A stretch of 64,000 nt of DNA from Phallusia mammillata (taxonomy: Eukaryota), in contig OZ281494.1 in the NCBI GenBank assembly GCA_965637545.1, positions 6,634,001-6,698,000 on the forward strand, read 5' to 3'. Both the position numbers and the translations under genes were made by a program. The notes under the pieces are model-generated. The model ran no database searches. It saw nothing but the letters and a program-made list of their open reading frames with translations, and was not told the DNA's origin. Below, one piece after another: positions 37,906 through 51,900 of the stretch; the first letter of the stretch is position 1; each line of letters starts with the position of its first letter.

Positions 37906-38891
37906 CTAAAGATAAGCAAATGTAAAATTTCTGTAATTTTTAGTTGTGAAATGATTTAAACCAAATTCAAACGCACTGGACAGAGACATACTTACCAAAG
38001 TACTTTGATACTTAAACATGACTCAAATCACTTAACATGTGTAGAGCGAAACTAGGTAAAATAAAAAAAACATATGTGTAATTTTAAAAAAGTTGCTGAG
38101 AGTGATTATATTGAGCAATACTGTGGTCTTTGACGTTCGTAGATTTTGACAAAAATAACTCAGAATGGAATATATGTTCGAAGTAATAGTATCAGTCAAT
38201 GCATTTACATCGACTATATCGATTTTGCCTGTCATCATCAGTTCTAAATGCTTGGTTGCACCTTTGCCTAGCGATATATTGGTGCACCAAACGATATAAT
38301 GTTGTAACATGCAATATAAAGATGCACCAGGCGTAATACCAATGCGCCAAGTAGTGATAATAAAGCACCAGCGATCCAAGTGATCAAAAATCCTCTATAT
38401 TTTAGATGTTCCCTTTGATAACGTTTAAGTTTAGATTGATACATTTTAAAACTCCCATTTGGAAGGACAAAATTCCCTTTGGAACTGTTTACAAATTGGT
38501 GCTGCAAAACTGACACAAAGTAGTTTTAAAAATGTTTAGATTTAACCAATAAATAAGTAAAAGAAGAAAAAACGTTTCCGTTTCTTACCCGTATGATTGC
38601 AAGATAGTACGAAGAAATTGACTTCTGAAAATATATTATTGTCAGTTGTAACAGTGTGACAAAGCTCCTTCAGTGCCAACAGTTACATTTTTAGTCGTTT
38701 AAATGTGCGCGTATTTGGTTGTTACTTGTCACCGATTGCATATTTAGACATAAGCTGTTCTGTTACTTGAGTCTGTTTGACTTTGAAGAGGAGCGCCTTA
38801 TTTCGGTTCAAATTTCTGCCTTTGGTGCCAAACACAACTACAGATATTTTATCTCTGTGCAGGGTAAATTTGTATGCAAAAAAATTACTTA

Positions 38892-40647
38892 CTGTTTCCA
38901 TTTTTGGTTGCTTGGACTTGGAAGCTTTGGTAAAACTTGAAGTTTACTAACTCCCACTTTTCAATGTTTTTGATATCGCACCCTCCTTTACGGCGATTTG
39001 CTTGACACAAAAGACAAAAAACTCATGGTAAGATTTGATTATAATTTATGTCATTAAATATTTATGCGAAAAACAAGTAAATCTCTAAATAGTTGTATCC
39101 ACAGTATTCCAGAACACCCGTGACCCTGCCTAGCAATGAACATGTAAAAGTGCTTGAAAAGAAAGGAAAAAGGGGTGTGGGTTTAAAACTATGACCCAAT
39201 GAATTATAACTACATGGGTCCTGCTGGTGACCAAAGACGTCTGAGAAAAACTAAACAATCAGCACAGAGTTGCAAGTCGGGCCGGGCTTTTCGGGCCGGG
39301 TTCGGGCTTAGGTGTTTGTGAGAAAACGGGCCTGACTTTACGTTCCGGTGTCCGTCATTAAAAAAAATCCCTCAGCTAAGTAACTCTGGCTCTGACCTAA
39401 TGCCCACCCTACTCTAAAACGTATTGTTTACCCCATTGTATACTATTGTCTACTGTGTTTGTTGTCTTTCTCATTTTTCTTTTTCATCCTTTGTTGCAAG
39501 ACTTTCGTGGATAGGCCTGTCAATCAAAATTTCGGGCCTACGGGCTTAGTAAAAACGTTTCGGGTTCGGGCCGGATTCGGGCTCAGATTTCGGGCCCGCT
39601 TGCAACTCTGAATCAGCAACAACACAATCATCAAACTTACAATCAGCAAAATTTTGCAATGCAAGTTTGCATTTAAAATAACAAACATGAAATGTTTAAA
39701 GTCGAAATTGAAAACTACCGTAACGTTTGTACTGTCGATATTGGTTTTTACCATTCTTACTCGATACCTCCTGATATTTAATGCACGCTTACCCAGGCGA
39801 TGAGTTGCTGCGTTGTAACATTTCCCTTCTGTGTAGACATACGTACAACATCCTTAGAAAAATATAGCTTTGTTTTTCAATGGATACAAGATCGGAAAAC
39901 AAAGATTTTTTTTTAAGTTTTAATGTAACTGTGGATTTTAGCGGAAAAATATGTTTTGAAACGAAACGTTGTTGATTAAGACTTTCTTACCAGGTGTGCC
40001 AGAAAAAATCACGACAATCGCACTCGGTTCAGGTGGGTCTAAAATACAAAAAAATAAACATATTCGTATTCACTACTTCACAAGGTTTGAGAAACAACAT
40101 TTAAAACTTTAAATTACACAAAACCGCCGTTTTTACTAAACTTGGCGTACAAACGGACTTAAGGTGACCTTTGCAACCGTTTATTGTTGTTACCTTAGAG
40201 TTTTAAGGGGCGCTAAAGTGTGGCCTAACTCAGGGCCGATTTTAACTTTTTTTTAATCAACTCGGTGTTATGTAAACTTTGTCCAAAACTCGGTCCAAAC
40301 TTGGCTTGAACCCGACCTCGAAGCATAGCTGAACCGTTGAACCTACTTTTAAACTGTTTTTTTTACAATCACTATATCGGTTTATAAGCAAAGTTTAATA
40401 TACAAACAACTGATTTTACCTGGGTTACTAGACGGACGTAGCTCAGCCAACTTCAGAGTGTTGTTAGCACTAGATTGTGGATCTTGCACAGATGCTTTGT
40501 TGTAAGGCAAGCAAAATTCGACTTCAGCTATAAATAAACAGCATTAACTGCGATTGAGTCAATAAATACCTACAAATGCAACCTACCTTGGGCAAGATTA
40601 ATAGAAAAGCACAAGAGTAATTTAAACGGCCAACAACGTCGATCCAT
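38892..40647 (-). CDS. Signal peptide and phase-1 exons of unknown domain, probable 5' part of aGPCR-4
   Basis: Signal exon about 40587-40647 (MDRRCWPFKLLLCFSINLAQ), then open phase1-1 exons about 40420-40527, 39991-40038, 39793-39852, 38892-39000. The link to the GAIN exon through 38.0-38.85 kb is not clean. Confidence 0.5.
39265..39610. mobile_element. hAT MITE with GC-rich subterminal repeats
   Basis: TIR CAGAGTTGCAAG / CTTGCAACTCTG, perfect 8-bp TSD AATCAGCA, repeated TTCGGGC motifs. Confidence 0.9.
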
Positions 40648-43089
40648 TTTTATTACAACCAGTTAGATTCTATATATTACACAATTAACGCTAATGACTG
40701 TCTTTGGACTGCTAAGCAAATTGATTGTTGGATACAATAAGCGAGAGGAATTTAAGCAAATTCCAACCAACTTAAATGTTAAATTTTTGATAATAGTAAA
40801 AACTTCTCAAACCTATAAGTTATACTTTCGAAAATTAGACATGGTTCTTGTGGGTAGCACTGCCTAATTTCTGCATCCACGCTATACAGTCACAAAAGCA
40901 ACTTCATTGTCCAACTAGGTCGTGGTCGCCTGAGACAAGACCAACCAATCGAATTGCGCCACAGTATGCGTCTACACACAGCACATTCTGACATAACAAT
41001 CCAGCTCAGAAACAACAAGGAATGTTAGATTCCACATATGACACGTATGTAGCAAACGTGTTACAAACGTCTTGTTACACTGCTAGATCTATTTTCGTGG
41101 TAACGGAGAGTAATTTGAAAGGAACGAGCCAGTATTTCGTGAATTTTGCCAGGATGCAGTTATACGTAAGAGCTTAGACAATCTATAGACCGGTCGTTTT
41201 AATCCTCAAATGTACCGACGTGATTGTTTGCACGTTTAGTTTACGCCGTAACCGTAAACTTTACTGTCTACGCGATTATTTAAAAAAAATACCTTTGAGC
41301 TTTTCGGCTAATACCCAGGAGCTGTCAGTCAGTTTTAAAGCAAATATTTTCTTTTTATAAAGCATAGATCCACATAGTACATTTCAAAAACAGAATGACT
41401 GGCGCTAAAAAAAAGTTAAGCAACCGTTAGGCGCAGAACACAACGTGTTCCACGGGAAAGACGCGGGCAGTCACCGGCATGTTGCCATCAGCCATTTGTG
41501 CCGTAACCACGCACTACCAATTTGCAAAAAGGCACACACAGAATGTAAATCAATTTGTGACATATGACATTATGCGAAAATTGTTCCCAGTGGTAGCTTT
41601 TTGTTTATTGTTGCGAAGTATCACAACTCATCGTAACAGATAAGTTCGAATTGACTACTTTTTGTGATGTTATGGGCTCACATGTTAAATGTCGTAGAAA
41701 GGCGCGTTTGTTGACCCAAACCGCCAATGTCAGTCTGGATGCTGTCGGTTTTTATTCCATTTTTTATAACTTTTTGTTATTTTAATATTGGTCACATTAT
41801 ATTGTAAGTTTATGTTTTCTCTGAGTCAGATGATGCCAACAAGGTTAAAAATTCTAAAATTTATGATGATTAAAATTCTAAATTTAAGGTATTTGTGATG
41901 ATTCTGGTATAGTATCAAGTTACAAGTAGGCTGAATGGGATGCGATGTAAGTAATTAATTGGGAGAAACAGGTTTAAATTGTGTGTGCACTTTATTGGTT
42001 ATAATTTCTCTGCAGATGATAATAAAGCAAGACATTTTGTTTGCAAATCGAAAACATTTCCATTTGAAAATATAATCAAAATTGTTTTTTACTTTATTGC
42101 ATGTTTTTATTGTGGTCGTTGGGTGTCGCTCTTGTGTTGTTAAGTGACATATGTTGCAGGTTACCGAGATTTAAACGTAACAGACAATAAAAGGACCTGC
42201 TTCCTTACAATTACCAACTGTTAGGCAACAAATTAGATGTACGCAGTTCATGTGACAAGCTTACCAAACACCCATTTTGGTTTCAAACTTGTTTCCTGTT
42301 TATTCACTAATTCTTAAAGCACGTGTTGCTTATAAAGTTGACATTAAAAATACAAATTTGCGTAAACTAATTCTTGAAAGTGTTGATGTACCAGACCATA
42401 AAAATACAAAGCAAGGTATTTTTTATATGATAAGATGAGAGCATGTACCGATTGGCTTCTTGTGACAGGTTCTTGTACGATTATAATTAGACGTTTGGTG
42501 CTACAGAGCTGTAAAAAACTGACTTGTGGTACATACTTTGCAAATTGCTTAACACGAAACTGAATGTTGTAAATCTTTTTCTTTGCCGCTGATTACTGCA
42601 CTCTATTAGCTGAGCTGTATTCCTCAGTTGAAAATTACTTCTGTCTAAGTTGATTCTTTGGTTGGAAAAGCAAAATTACCCAACACAATATAAATCATAT
42701 TGATGGGAAATGGTGTTGATCACTTTGTGTTCCCTCTTTATAAGAGAACTTATTTTCCAATTTAAGTTCAATTTGAATAAAGTTGTTAATGATAGCGTCT
42801 CAGCACAAACGAAACCTGATATTGAAAGCAAATTAGTGCTAGACTTGACTTCAACATAGATAAGGTCATTTAATGCTGGCGATTCACAGTACAATAGCAA
42901 TTACTAAATGCCTACATGTTTGAAATATCAGGGAAATTATTAAATTAAAAGTTTTGACCAAAACATATATTCACAGTCTCGACATGATTTCAAACAAATC
43001 GTTAAAACATTAGGGAACAGCAAAAGTTTCGACACAAAGTCATATCATTTTATGTAAACAACGCCAATGATTTAAATGTTTAACGGTTT

Positions 43090-44230
43090 AGAAAGCAGTG
43101 AAATGTGATCTTGCTGTCAATTGCAAGAGTCTGATGTCGTCATCAATAACGCAGTACAGCAACTAGACAACGATTCCCTTCGAACCGTTAACCAGGCTGT
43201 GGATGTACATGAACACCTCGTTTAAGCGCTGTTGCCGATTGCTGCAAAAGAAGACATTCGTTGCTTAACTTAAAGATGGTTTACATTAAATGAAGAATGG
43301 TTATTTCACACACATTTAATTATTACCAGTGAAAAAGCCAAAAACCAAGTTCCGGCGAGCATGCAGAAGAGTAAAATGAAAGACTTTGCTGCTCTTAACG
43401 TATCTACTGTCCCTGAATCTTCTCCTCTATTTCGTATCCTCTTTGAGTGCATCATCACACGTGTTGTTTTCAGGACAATCACAAAGTTGACGAGGATGAC
43501 TAGAGCAAGAGGAGCGACCACCGTTGCGTAGAGGATCGGAGTACCAGAAGCCAACCAGCATCTGTCGTACTTGAGAATCGGAATAAATTTGTTACATTGC
43601 TCAAACATTGGTTGGGATTTTATGTAGATACCGAGGGGAAAGCCCACAGCCAAGGATGTTGCCACTATAAAAGTGGAAAGGATCCAACCAATGAGCATGA
43701 AGATCTTTAGGCGTTTTGAAGAATCCTGAGTTTGAAACTCGACTGGAAATGAAGTCGCCATTAAGAGACGAATTCCTTCCAACAGGAACCACATTCTTGA
43801 AACAAACTTGATTTCAGAGGATGATGATTTCTATCGCGTAATTATACTGGTATGTGTAGCTTTTGCTTCAGCCACTGTTTTGCATTGTGTTAGATCAGTT
43901 ACGTGAATACCTGAGCAGAGCAAAAGGTTTTGATTGGCTGCTGCGTGAATCACACAAGCAACCTCATTTAAGACGGCGAGATCATGTGATATGTGGACGA
44001 CGTGAAAAAGCAGAAGAGCCAGTGACAAGCTAAATTGAACCAGAACCCGATCTTCGCTGTGTTTTAAATTGTAGAGGATTAATAGGGTGGCGGCCAAAAA
44101 CATGATGGTAGCTGATTCAGTGGTATAAGATGTGACCTAAGAATCAAACGTCTTGAAAACACCGATGGTAATTTTCAAGGTTGAATGTATACCTTCACGC
44201 AAGTGACGTTGTCTGTTATGTCATCAGTTG
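43090..44230 (-). pseudogene. aGPCR-5: truncated pseudogene (7TM exons only)
   Basis: 7TM exons about 43911-44136, 43327-43797 and 43090-43241 homologous to neighbours; GAIN exon reduced to about 38 nt; -1 at the end of the TM6 exon and a TAA early in the TM7 exon. Confidence 0.88.
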
Positions 44231-45993
44231 CAAAGTTGCATGATCTGAATTAAACAATACTTGTCAGTAATAAGCTGCAATGCTTAATTCCTTAACATAA
44301 AATTCTTAGTGTAAATTCTTAGTTTGTGTGATGCCTGATTGTATGTGGTCGTTAGGTGTCGCTCTTGCTTTGTTAAGTCGAATATGTTGTTGGTTACCAC
44401 GGTTTGAATGTGACAGTCAATACATGTAACCGCTTCTAAACACTTGTCAACTGTTGGATAACAAATTGGTTCATGTGACATGCTTTCCAAACTTCCATTT
44501 TGTTTTTGGACTTGTTTCCTGTTTGTTCACGATCCCGATTTCGAAACAAAATTATTGAAGCACCTGCTGTTCATAAAGTTGACATGACATTAAAAATACA
44601 AGTTTGCATCAACTAATTGTTGAAACTATCGATGTAACAGACCATAAAAATGCCAAACAAGGTATTTTTATGATGAGTGCATTTACTGATTGACTTTTTG
44701 TGACCAATTTTTGTAAGTTTGTATTCGAGGAATGATGCTGCAGTGCTATGATGTGTGGTGCATAATTTGCAAATTGCTAAATACGAAACTGATAGTTGTA
44801 AATCTTTTTCGTTGGCGCTAGTTGCTGCATTCTATTATCTAAGCTGCTTTCTCCAAAAGAAAAGCACTTTTGTTTAAGTTGATTCATAAAAGCAAAAATA
44901 CCCAACACACTACAATTATGTTAGTGGGAAATGGCGTCGGAACACTTTTTGTTCCCTGTTTTTAAAGGTAGTTATAAAAATTTATGATTGCGTCTTAGCC
45001 AAAGGGAACCTGATTTTTGAAAGCATTTTTTAGCTAGACTCGCTGAATGCAAAAGTGGAACAGGGCTAGGTGATTGTTTATGCTTGCGTTTGGATTGGCA
45101 AAGCCTAGAAGTTGTAATCCGTCAAATAAAGGTATTACATTTGAAATGACGTGTTTGCTTATACAGTGGCATTTTGAAGTATATAACCGTGTTTCAAAGT
45201 GAATCGTTCCGTTTTCGATTTTAGGTAATTTCCTGTGGAGATATTTTGTTTGCGCAATAAATAAAGTGTTTTTGACAAGATATATAACACACCAGACAGC
45301 CTCATAACATCACACCACACGCATTTATTACAAAGGTTACAACACATTATGGTAGGTTCAAAGGAAGCATAGCGTTGTTGCGTGACACCGATTTTCTGGG
45401 ATTTTAACGTCAACTGGCGTCGTAAAGAGTCGGATGACAGAAACAATACAGATTTCAGTTCGACAAAAAATTCATTGGTAAAAATCATGAGATTAAAGCA
45501 GGTGAGAATTAAAAGACAATATAGCAGTAACTGAATGCCTACATCGTTAAAATATCAGTGTAGTAATTACATTACCGAATTAGTCAATACTACACTTCAC
45601 ATAACTAGTCAATACTACACTTAACTCTTTGTTCTTTCTTCACAGATGTCGAATGTTTTCAAACAAACATAACTAAAGAATTAGGGTATAGGAAAATTTT
45701 CGACTCAAAATGATTTTGATGTAAACAACGTCAATGATTCAAAATGTAACAGGTTAAATGTTTAACTGTGGAAAACGTATTTGCATTGCACAACATTCCA
45801 TAATGTTTACTTAGTAAATCACGGAAGTTGAAAAGTGAAAAAAGAATATATTGTTCTCTTCTAATATTGTTTTGCCACAACCCAAATGTTTTATTAAAAG
45901 AGTTGAATAATTAGTAACGTTCTATTGAAGAAAGTTTAAACATCTACTTTAGTTAAGGTTTGAACTTTGACCCCCTCCTGTATCTGCCTTGTG

Positions 45994-48900
45994 TTACTGC
46001 TGCCCATGTCTGGCAACAGCCAAACAATTGCAAGAAAATATTTCTTGTCTAATTTCGTCATCAATAACGCAGTATAGCAAGAAGACGACGATTCCCTGCA
46101 ACCCGTTCACCAAGCTGTGGATGTACATGAACACCTCGTTTGAAGTACCGTTACCGATTCCTGTAAAAAATGTACTTCCTTGCTTAGCTGTAGCATGATG
46201 CGTCTACTGAAGGTTGGTAAGTCACACACGCCTAAATATTTCACCTGTGAAAAAGGACAAAACCCAAGTTCCGCCGAGCATGAAGAATAGTAAGATGAAA
46301 GTCTTCGCTGCTCGCAACCCATCTCCTGTCCCTGGATCCTCTCCTCTGTTTCGCATCTTCCTTGAGTGCAGCATCACATGTGTCGTCCTTAGGACAATCA
46401 TGAAGTTGATGAAAAGGACGACAGCAAGAGGAGAGACAACCGTTGTGTAGAAGATCGGAGTACCAGGGGCCAACCAGCATCTGTTGTATTTAAGAATCGC
46501 AATAAATTCGCTACAATGCTCATATAAAGGTTGGGGCTTCATGAACATGGCAAGGGGAATGCCCAGAGCCAAGGATATTCCCACTATAGTCACGGGAATC
46601 ATCCAACCAATCAGCATAAAGATCTTGAGACGCTTTGATGAATCCTGAGTTTGGAACTCGACTGGAGACGAAGTCGCCATAAAGAGACGAATTCCCTCCA
46701 CCAGGAACCACATTCCTAAAAAAATTCAGAAAATGATAATTTTATCCAAAAACTGCACTGGTAATAAGTTGGTTCCATTTCAACCTCTCTTTTCTGTTGT
46801 ATTAGATAACTGGTAAAATTTGAAAATTGGAAATGTCATGATTACGTAATTACCTGAGGAGAGCAAAAGGTATTGACTGGCAATAGTCTGAATCATGCAA
46901 GTAACATTATTCAGGACGGCAAGATCATGTGCTACGTTGACGGAGTGGAAAAGCAGAAGAGCCAGTGACAAGCTGATTTGAACCGGAACCCGATCTCCGC
47001 TGCGTTTCGACTTGTAGAGAATTATTATAGTGGCGACCAGAAACATGATGGATGCTGACTCAGTGGTGTAAGAAGTGACCTAAAAATCAAAGCCTTGTAA
47101 CCACCAAAGCACATTTTAAAGGTTACAGCTAAGTGTTTTTACCTTCACGCCCTTTGGTATTGTGATAGACTGGACAGAAAGTAGAACAGTGAAAAGGGTG
47201 AGATGGTTGCACTTGCATGTTACATTGCCTGTTATGTCATTAGTAAATGTGACGCAACCACGATCGGAATATTTGTTTTCAACTTTGTCGAAGAAGAGGC
47301 AGATTGGTTCTAGTTTGTTGATCATGAAATTAACCCCGTTTATGGTTTTTGCTCTAACCTCTTTGCAGAAGAACTTCAAGGAGATCGGGGGTCCTATGTA
47401 ACTCACATTTCCTGTCAACTGATGGCTTTGTTTAGCGGCAGTTGATCGTTTGCGACCCGAGCTCAGGAAGCTATCCGCGTCCCAAGCTATTATAGAGATG
47501 TAGGTTGTGTTTAACGTAGCTATGTACTGGGTTTGGGCGAGAGAACCGAATGTGACAGGTTGAGTCTGTGCCGTTTCGGTTATGTTTATCTTAAAGACAA
47601 ACACTGCAATCACGAGTCGTCTAACCCCATTTGTTTGTAGCCCAAAGTCGATGCGAGTTGAACTAAGCATTACATTTGAATGATATTCACTGTGGTTATG
47701 TTTGACATTTTTAATGTATAATTGGTCGTTGTCGTCATACGACGTTTTATTTGTTTCGTATAGTTGTCTTGCAGCGTTCTGCAAAAAACTCTCAACCATT
47801 TCCAGAGCATCTGCATCCGCTGGGTTGAGGTTTTCCGAATGTATAAACAAAGAAGACACGCAGTCTAAAAAGAAACAAAATGTAACGATTGTATACTGAG
47901 TATTGTTTTTTCTCACCGTTTCGCACAGGGTCCAATTGTTTACCATACGAACAAAGCATATTATCTTTTGAGTACTTCTATTTTTTGAGCGTTGGAATAG
48001 AGTAGTATATAAAGCAGCTGATACAAATGAGAAGATTGTTTACTTTTGCCTGTTGTGACAAAATGCAGGGAACAGCCATCTTTGACACTACAGCTTTATT
48101 TGAACATCAAGTTTAATCATAGATCAGCCTTGTAAAAGGTTATTACAGCATGGATTCAATAAAAACATTAAAAACATTATGACTGTTTAACTTTGACAAG
48201 ACACAACCACCCAGGTATCATGATACAAAGCATTAAAAGTGAAAATATTTAAAAATGCTTATGATCGCCAATCAAACAATTACTGGTTGTTACTTGACCG
48301 ATTGATCACAAGAAAGCAACTGTTTAATGTTGTTGTAAAGTTGTGGTCTAACCTGTATTATTTCCACCAAAATTACAATCACAACTGAAGCCACCATCGG
48401 TATTGCTGCAAGCAGCGTTGAAGTGGCAGTTGTTCAAATCAGGTTTGGAGCATTCGTCGATGTCTGAAACGAGTGAACAGAAAATGAACAGTGTAATACA
48501 AATTATTTTGTTTCTGCGCCGTCGCGTTCTGTATATACTCAAAAGGTGTTTGGTTGATTATAGCCATTATGCTAAACGGGGTATAATTACAAGTTTACAT
48601 GCTATTCAAAAACAACAGCAAATGAAATCTAGAAGGGTGGCTTAGCCCATTTTGCCATTGCAATTAACCTATAACATATATTAAAACTTTAATATATTCC
48701 CTACACTCATTTTATATGGGTCCCATATTAACCAAATTTTTTATTGCCTTGGTTGTTTCTGCAGGAAGAGACTCATGGATCCCAATGCAAAGTTAAAAAT
48801 AGCGCATTTCAAGAGGTAACCATTACTAAGTTTGGTGTTGTAAAGTAAACAGAGATCAGTACTTGGCTTCAATAATCATGCTATTAAAAGTACAAAATAG

Positions 48901-51900
48901 ATTGAATTCAGACATTGTTTGTTGTTCTATTTAATCTTATATTATAATGGGAAGAAAATGCATAGTGAAATAAAGTAAAACACGACAATCGACCTCTATA
49001 AATGGCAATTTTTTCAGGCTGTACAAATTTCATTTAATTTAAACATTCTTAAAAAATTTCTCGTTTCAGGGAGCTGGTGAAGGTTTATGGAGACCAAAGG
49101 GTTGAACACAACAAATCGACACATATAAATGGCGTATCCAAAAAGCTATACAAATTTCAGTCAATTCCGACAGTGTTTCAGTCAATTCCGACAAAAAACT
49201 CGCCCATTTTCGGGAGCTGGTGGGGTAAAGGTGAGGAATAACGGGTTGAACACAACAATACACACATATAACTGACATATTCTACATGTAAACATGCCTG
49301 TAAAATGTTGTCCAAATCAACCAACGTTTTTTTAAATGTTTTTTGAGTAACAGCCGTTCACGCTTCCAAAGTAATCAGGCTGTTAAGAAAACCCAAACTG
49401 CCAACTGCAAAAGCATTCAATAAATGAGCCAATAACACAAGTAACGTATGTCTGGTTGACTTTATAACACTACAGAAACTTGTCGTTTGTGGTGCGCACC
49501 AACTACATTTCACACTTTGGGGGCTAACGGGGTATATACGTGGGTTATCATGACAAACAAAACAGATGGGGCATCTACATAGCTATATCTACCATCTGTA
49601 AAAGTTTCAGCCAAATCCACCAAACATTTCAAGGCAAAAGATGATGGACAAACTTCAGGAATGAAAAAAAGAAAAAAACAAAATAAATCGAGAAAAATCA
49701 ACACGCGTCCGATTCAGGGAAAGGGACCCATAATACCTGTACATGTTATTCCGTTTCCTGTAAAACGAGAATTACAATCACAAATGAAGCTACCGCCGAT
49801 ATTGCTGCAAATAGCTTGCATGTGGCAGTTGTTTAAACCTGGTGTGGAGCATTTGTCGATGTCTGCAACGAGAAAATGAACAGTATATTGCACATATTTT
49901 AATTTCTCTGGCTGTTGCGTTCTATGTATACATATATAAGGTGTTTGATTGATCATAGTTATTTTGCTAAACGGAGTATAATTACCAGTTTACATGCTAT
50001 TCAAAACCAACAGCAAATTAAAACTATTACCTGCACATGTTGTTCCGTTTCCTGTAAAACCAGATTTACAATCACAACTGAAGCCACCATCGGTATTGCT
50101 ACAAGTAGCGTTGAAGTTGCAGTTGTTCAAATCGGGTTTAGAGCATTCGTCCATGTCTGCAAGGAGGAAATGAAAAGTACTATACAGTTCTTTTTGTTTC
50201 TGTGACTGTTTTATCTATCTATATTAGTGATGTTTAACCGCGGTTGCCGTGGCCGCATGCGGCTCCCAACTGCTTATTTTGCGGCCCGCACCAAACCTCA
50301 GAAAACAACCAAACATTGCTATTTTAGCTTCAAGGTAATAAGCTTCAGTTTTTTTCTTAACTTTCGTTTTTGCGGCTCCCTACACACTTATGAAAGAATC
50401 ATTTAGCCCCGACAACAAAAAAGGTTAAAAATCACTGATCTAGATGGTGTTTGATCGGCTATTGTCATTATGCTAAAAACCTACAGCAAATAAAAAATAT
50501 TACCTGCGCATGTTGTTCCGTTTCCTGTAAAACCAGATTTACAATCACAAGTAAAGCTACCGTCGATATTGCTGCAAATAGCTTGGATGTGGCAGTTGCT
50601 CAAACTGGAATTAGAGCATTCGTCAATGTCTACAACAACAAGTCAACAGTTAACCTGTAATACGAGTCATACACAAAAAATAATACCCCACTAACCTATG
50701 CAAACCTTTGATAAAATAAGTTTGTATCCAGTGTTGCAGATGCACGTGTATGTTCCAACAGAGTTGGTGCACGAAGCAGTTTGTAGGCCGCAAACCGTTT
50801 CGTTTAAGCATTCGTCAATATCTAGACGATAGGTTTTCTGTCAATTAGTGAGGCGTTCATAAACCCCAGATCGCACAAACCAAAGTTTATTTCGTTTACT
50901 TTAGTGCCGTTTCGAATTAAAGCAGTCTTGTAGTAAAAAGTTTTAATTGCTAAACATTTGCCTTTTTTGAATCAGTCTGCGATAAAATGCCAGCGTAAAA
51001 AGGGCCCGCAGTCCAAGAAAGGCTAGCAAACCCTGTTTTAGGTGACTCTATCTATATGCGGTTTGTAGTGATTATACAGTCATTTTATGAAACGGAGTTT
51101 GATTACCACTTGCCTTTAACAAACAACCAACCACATACAAAAATTATTGTTTTCCAGCTATGTTCTTACCTGCACATGTTGTTCCATTTCCTGTGAAACC
51201 GCGGTTACAAGAGCAAGTGAAAGAATCAACGGTATTGATACAAGTAGCGTCGATGGAACAGTTGTTTAAACCCGGTTCAGAGCATTTGTCTGGAATGGCG
51301 TCAATCGTTATAACCTTTTGTCAAACCAGCCTAAGAAAAATGTTACCCGACATACCTACGCAAACCTTTGCCGAATTAAGTACGTATCCAGAGTTGCAGG
51401 TACACGTGTAACTCCCAACAGAGTTGGTGCATAAAGCAGTATGTGGACCGCAGGCAGTACCGTTCACGGCGCATTCGTCAATATCTACAGGTTTGTTTGA
51501 AATGAGATTGGAAAACGCAATCGCTTACAGTTTCGCAGTAATACAGTTGTTGCTTCAATACTACAACACAGCAGTTGACATAATTGCCAAGAGGTTCGGT
51601 AAAAAGGAAAACAGCAGTCATTACAAAGCAGTTACAATATCAAATTAAACAAAAACCAAACAATATCAAATTACTATACTGACGGTTAAGATAATTACCT
51701 GCTTTCTACATAAAACAGTATTACCAAATCACTCCTGTTAAGCAATGTTTTGGTGTGGTATCGTGTGTCAAAATGTTTTACGATAACACCTAGTCGTTTC
51801 GAAAACTTCAGCTCACAGTTTTGGCTTATAAAGCTTCTGTGTATGTCTATGTTTTATAAAAAAAAAAAAAAAAAGAACCTACCTGTGCAGGCTGTTCCTG

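Noticed and set aside
13021-47899. Recurrent short plus-strand and alternative-frame ORFs over the GPCR exons (e.g. KIQVPPS..., MLVG.WYS...)
   Set aside because: Shadows of the duplicated minus-strand coding exons; their similarity follows from nucleotide paralogy.
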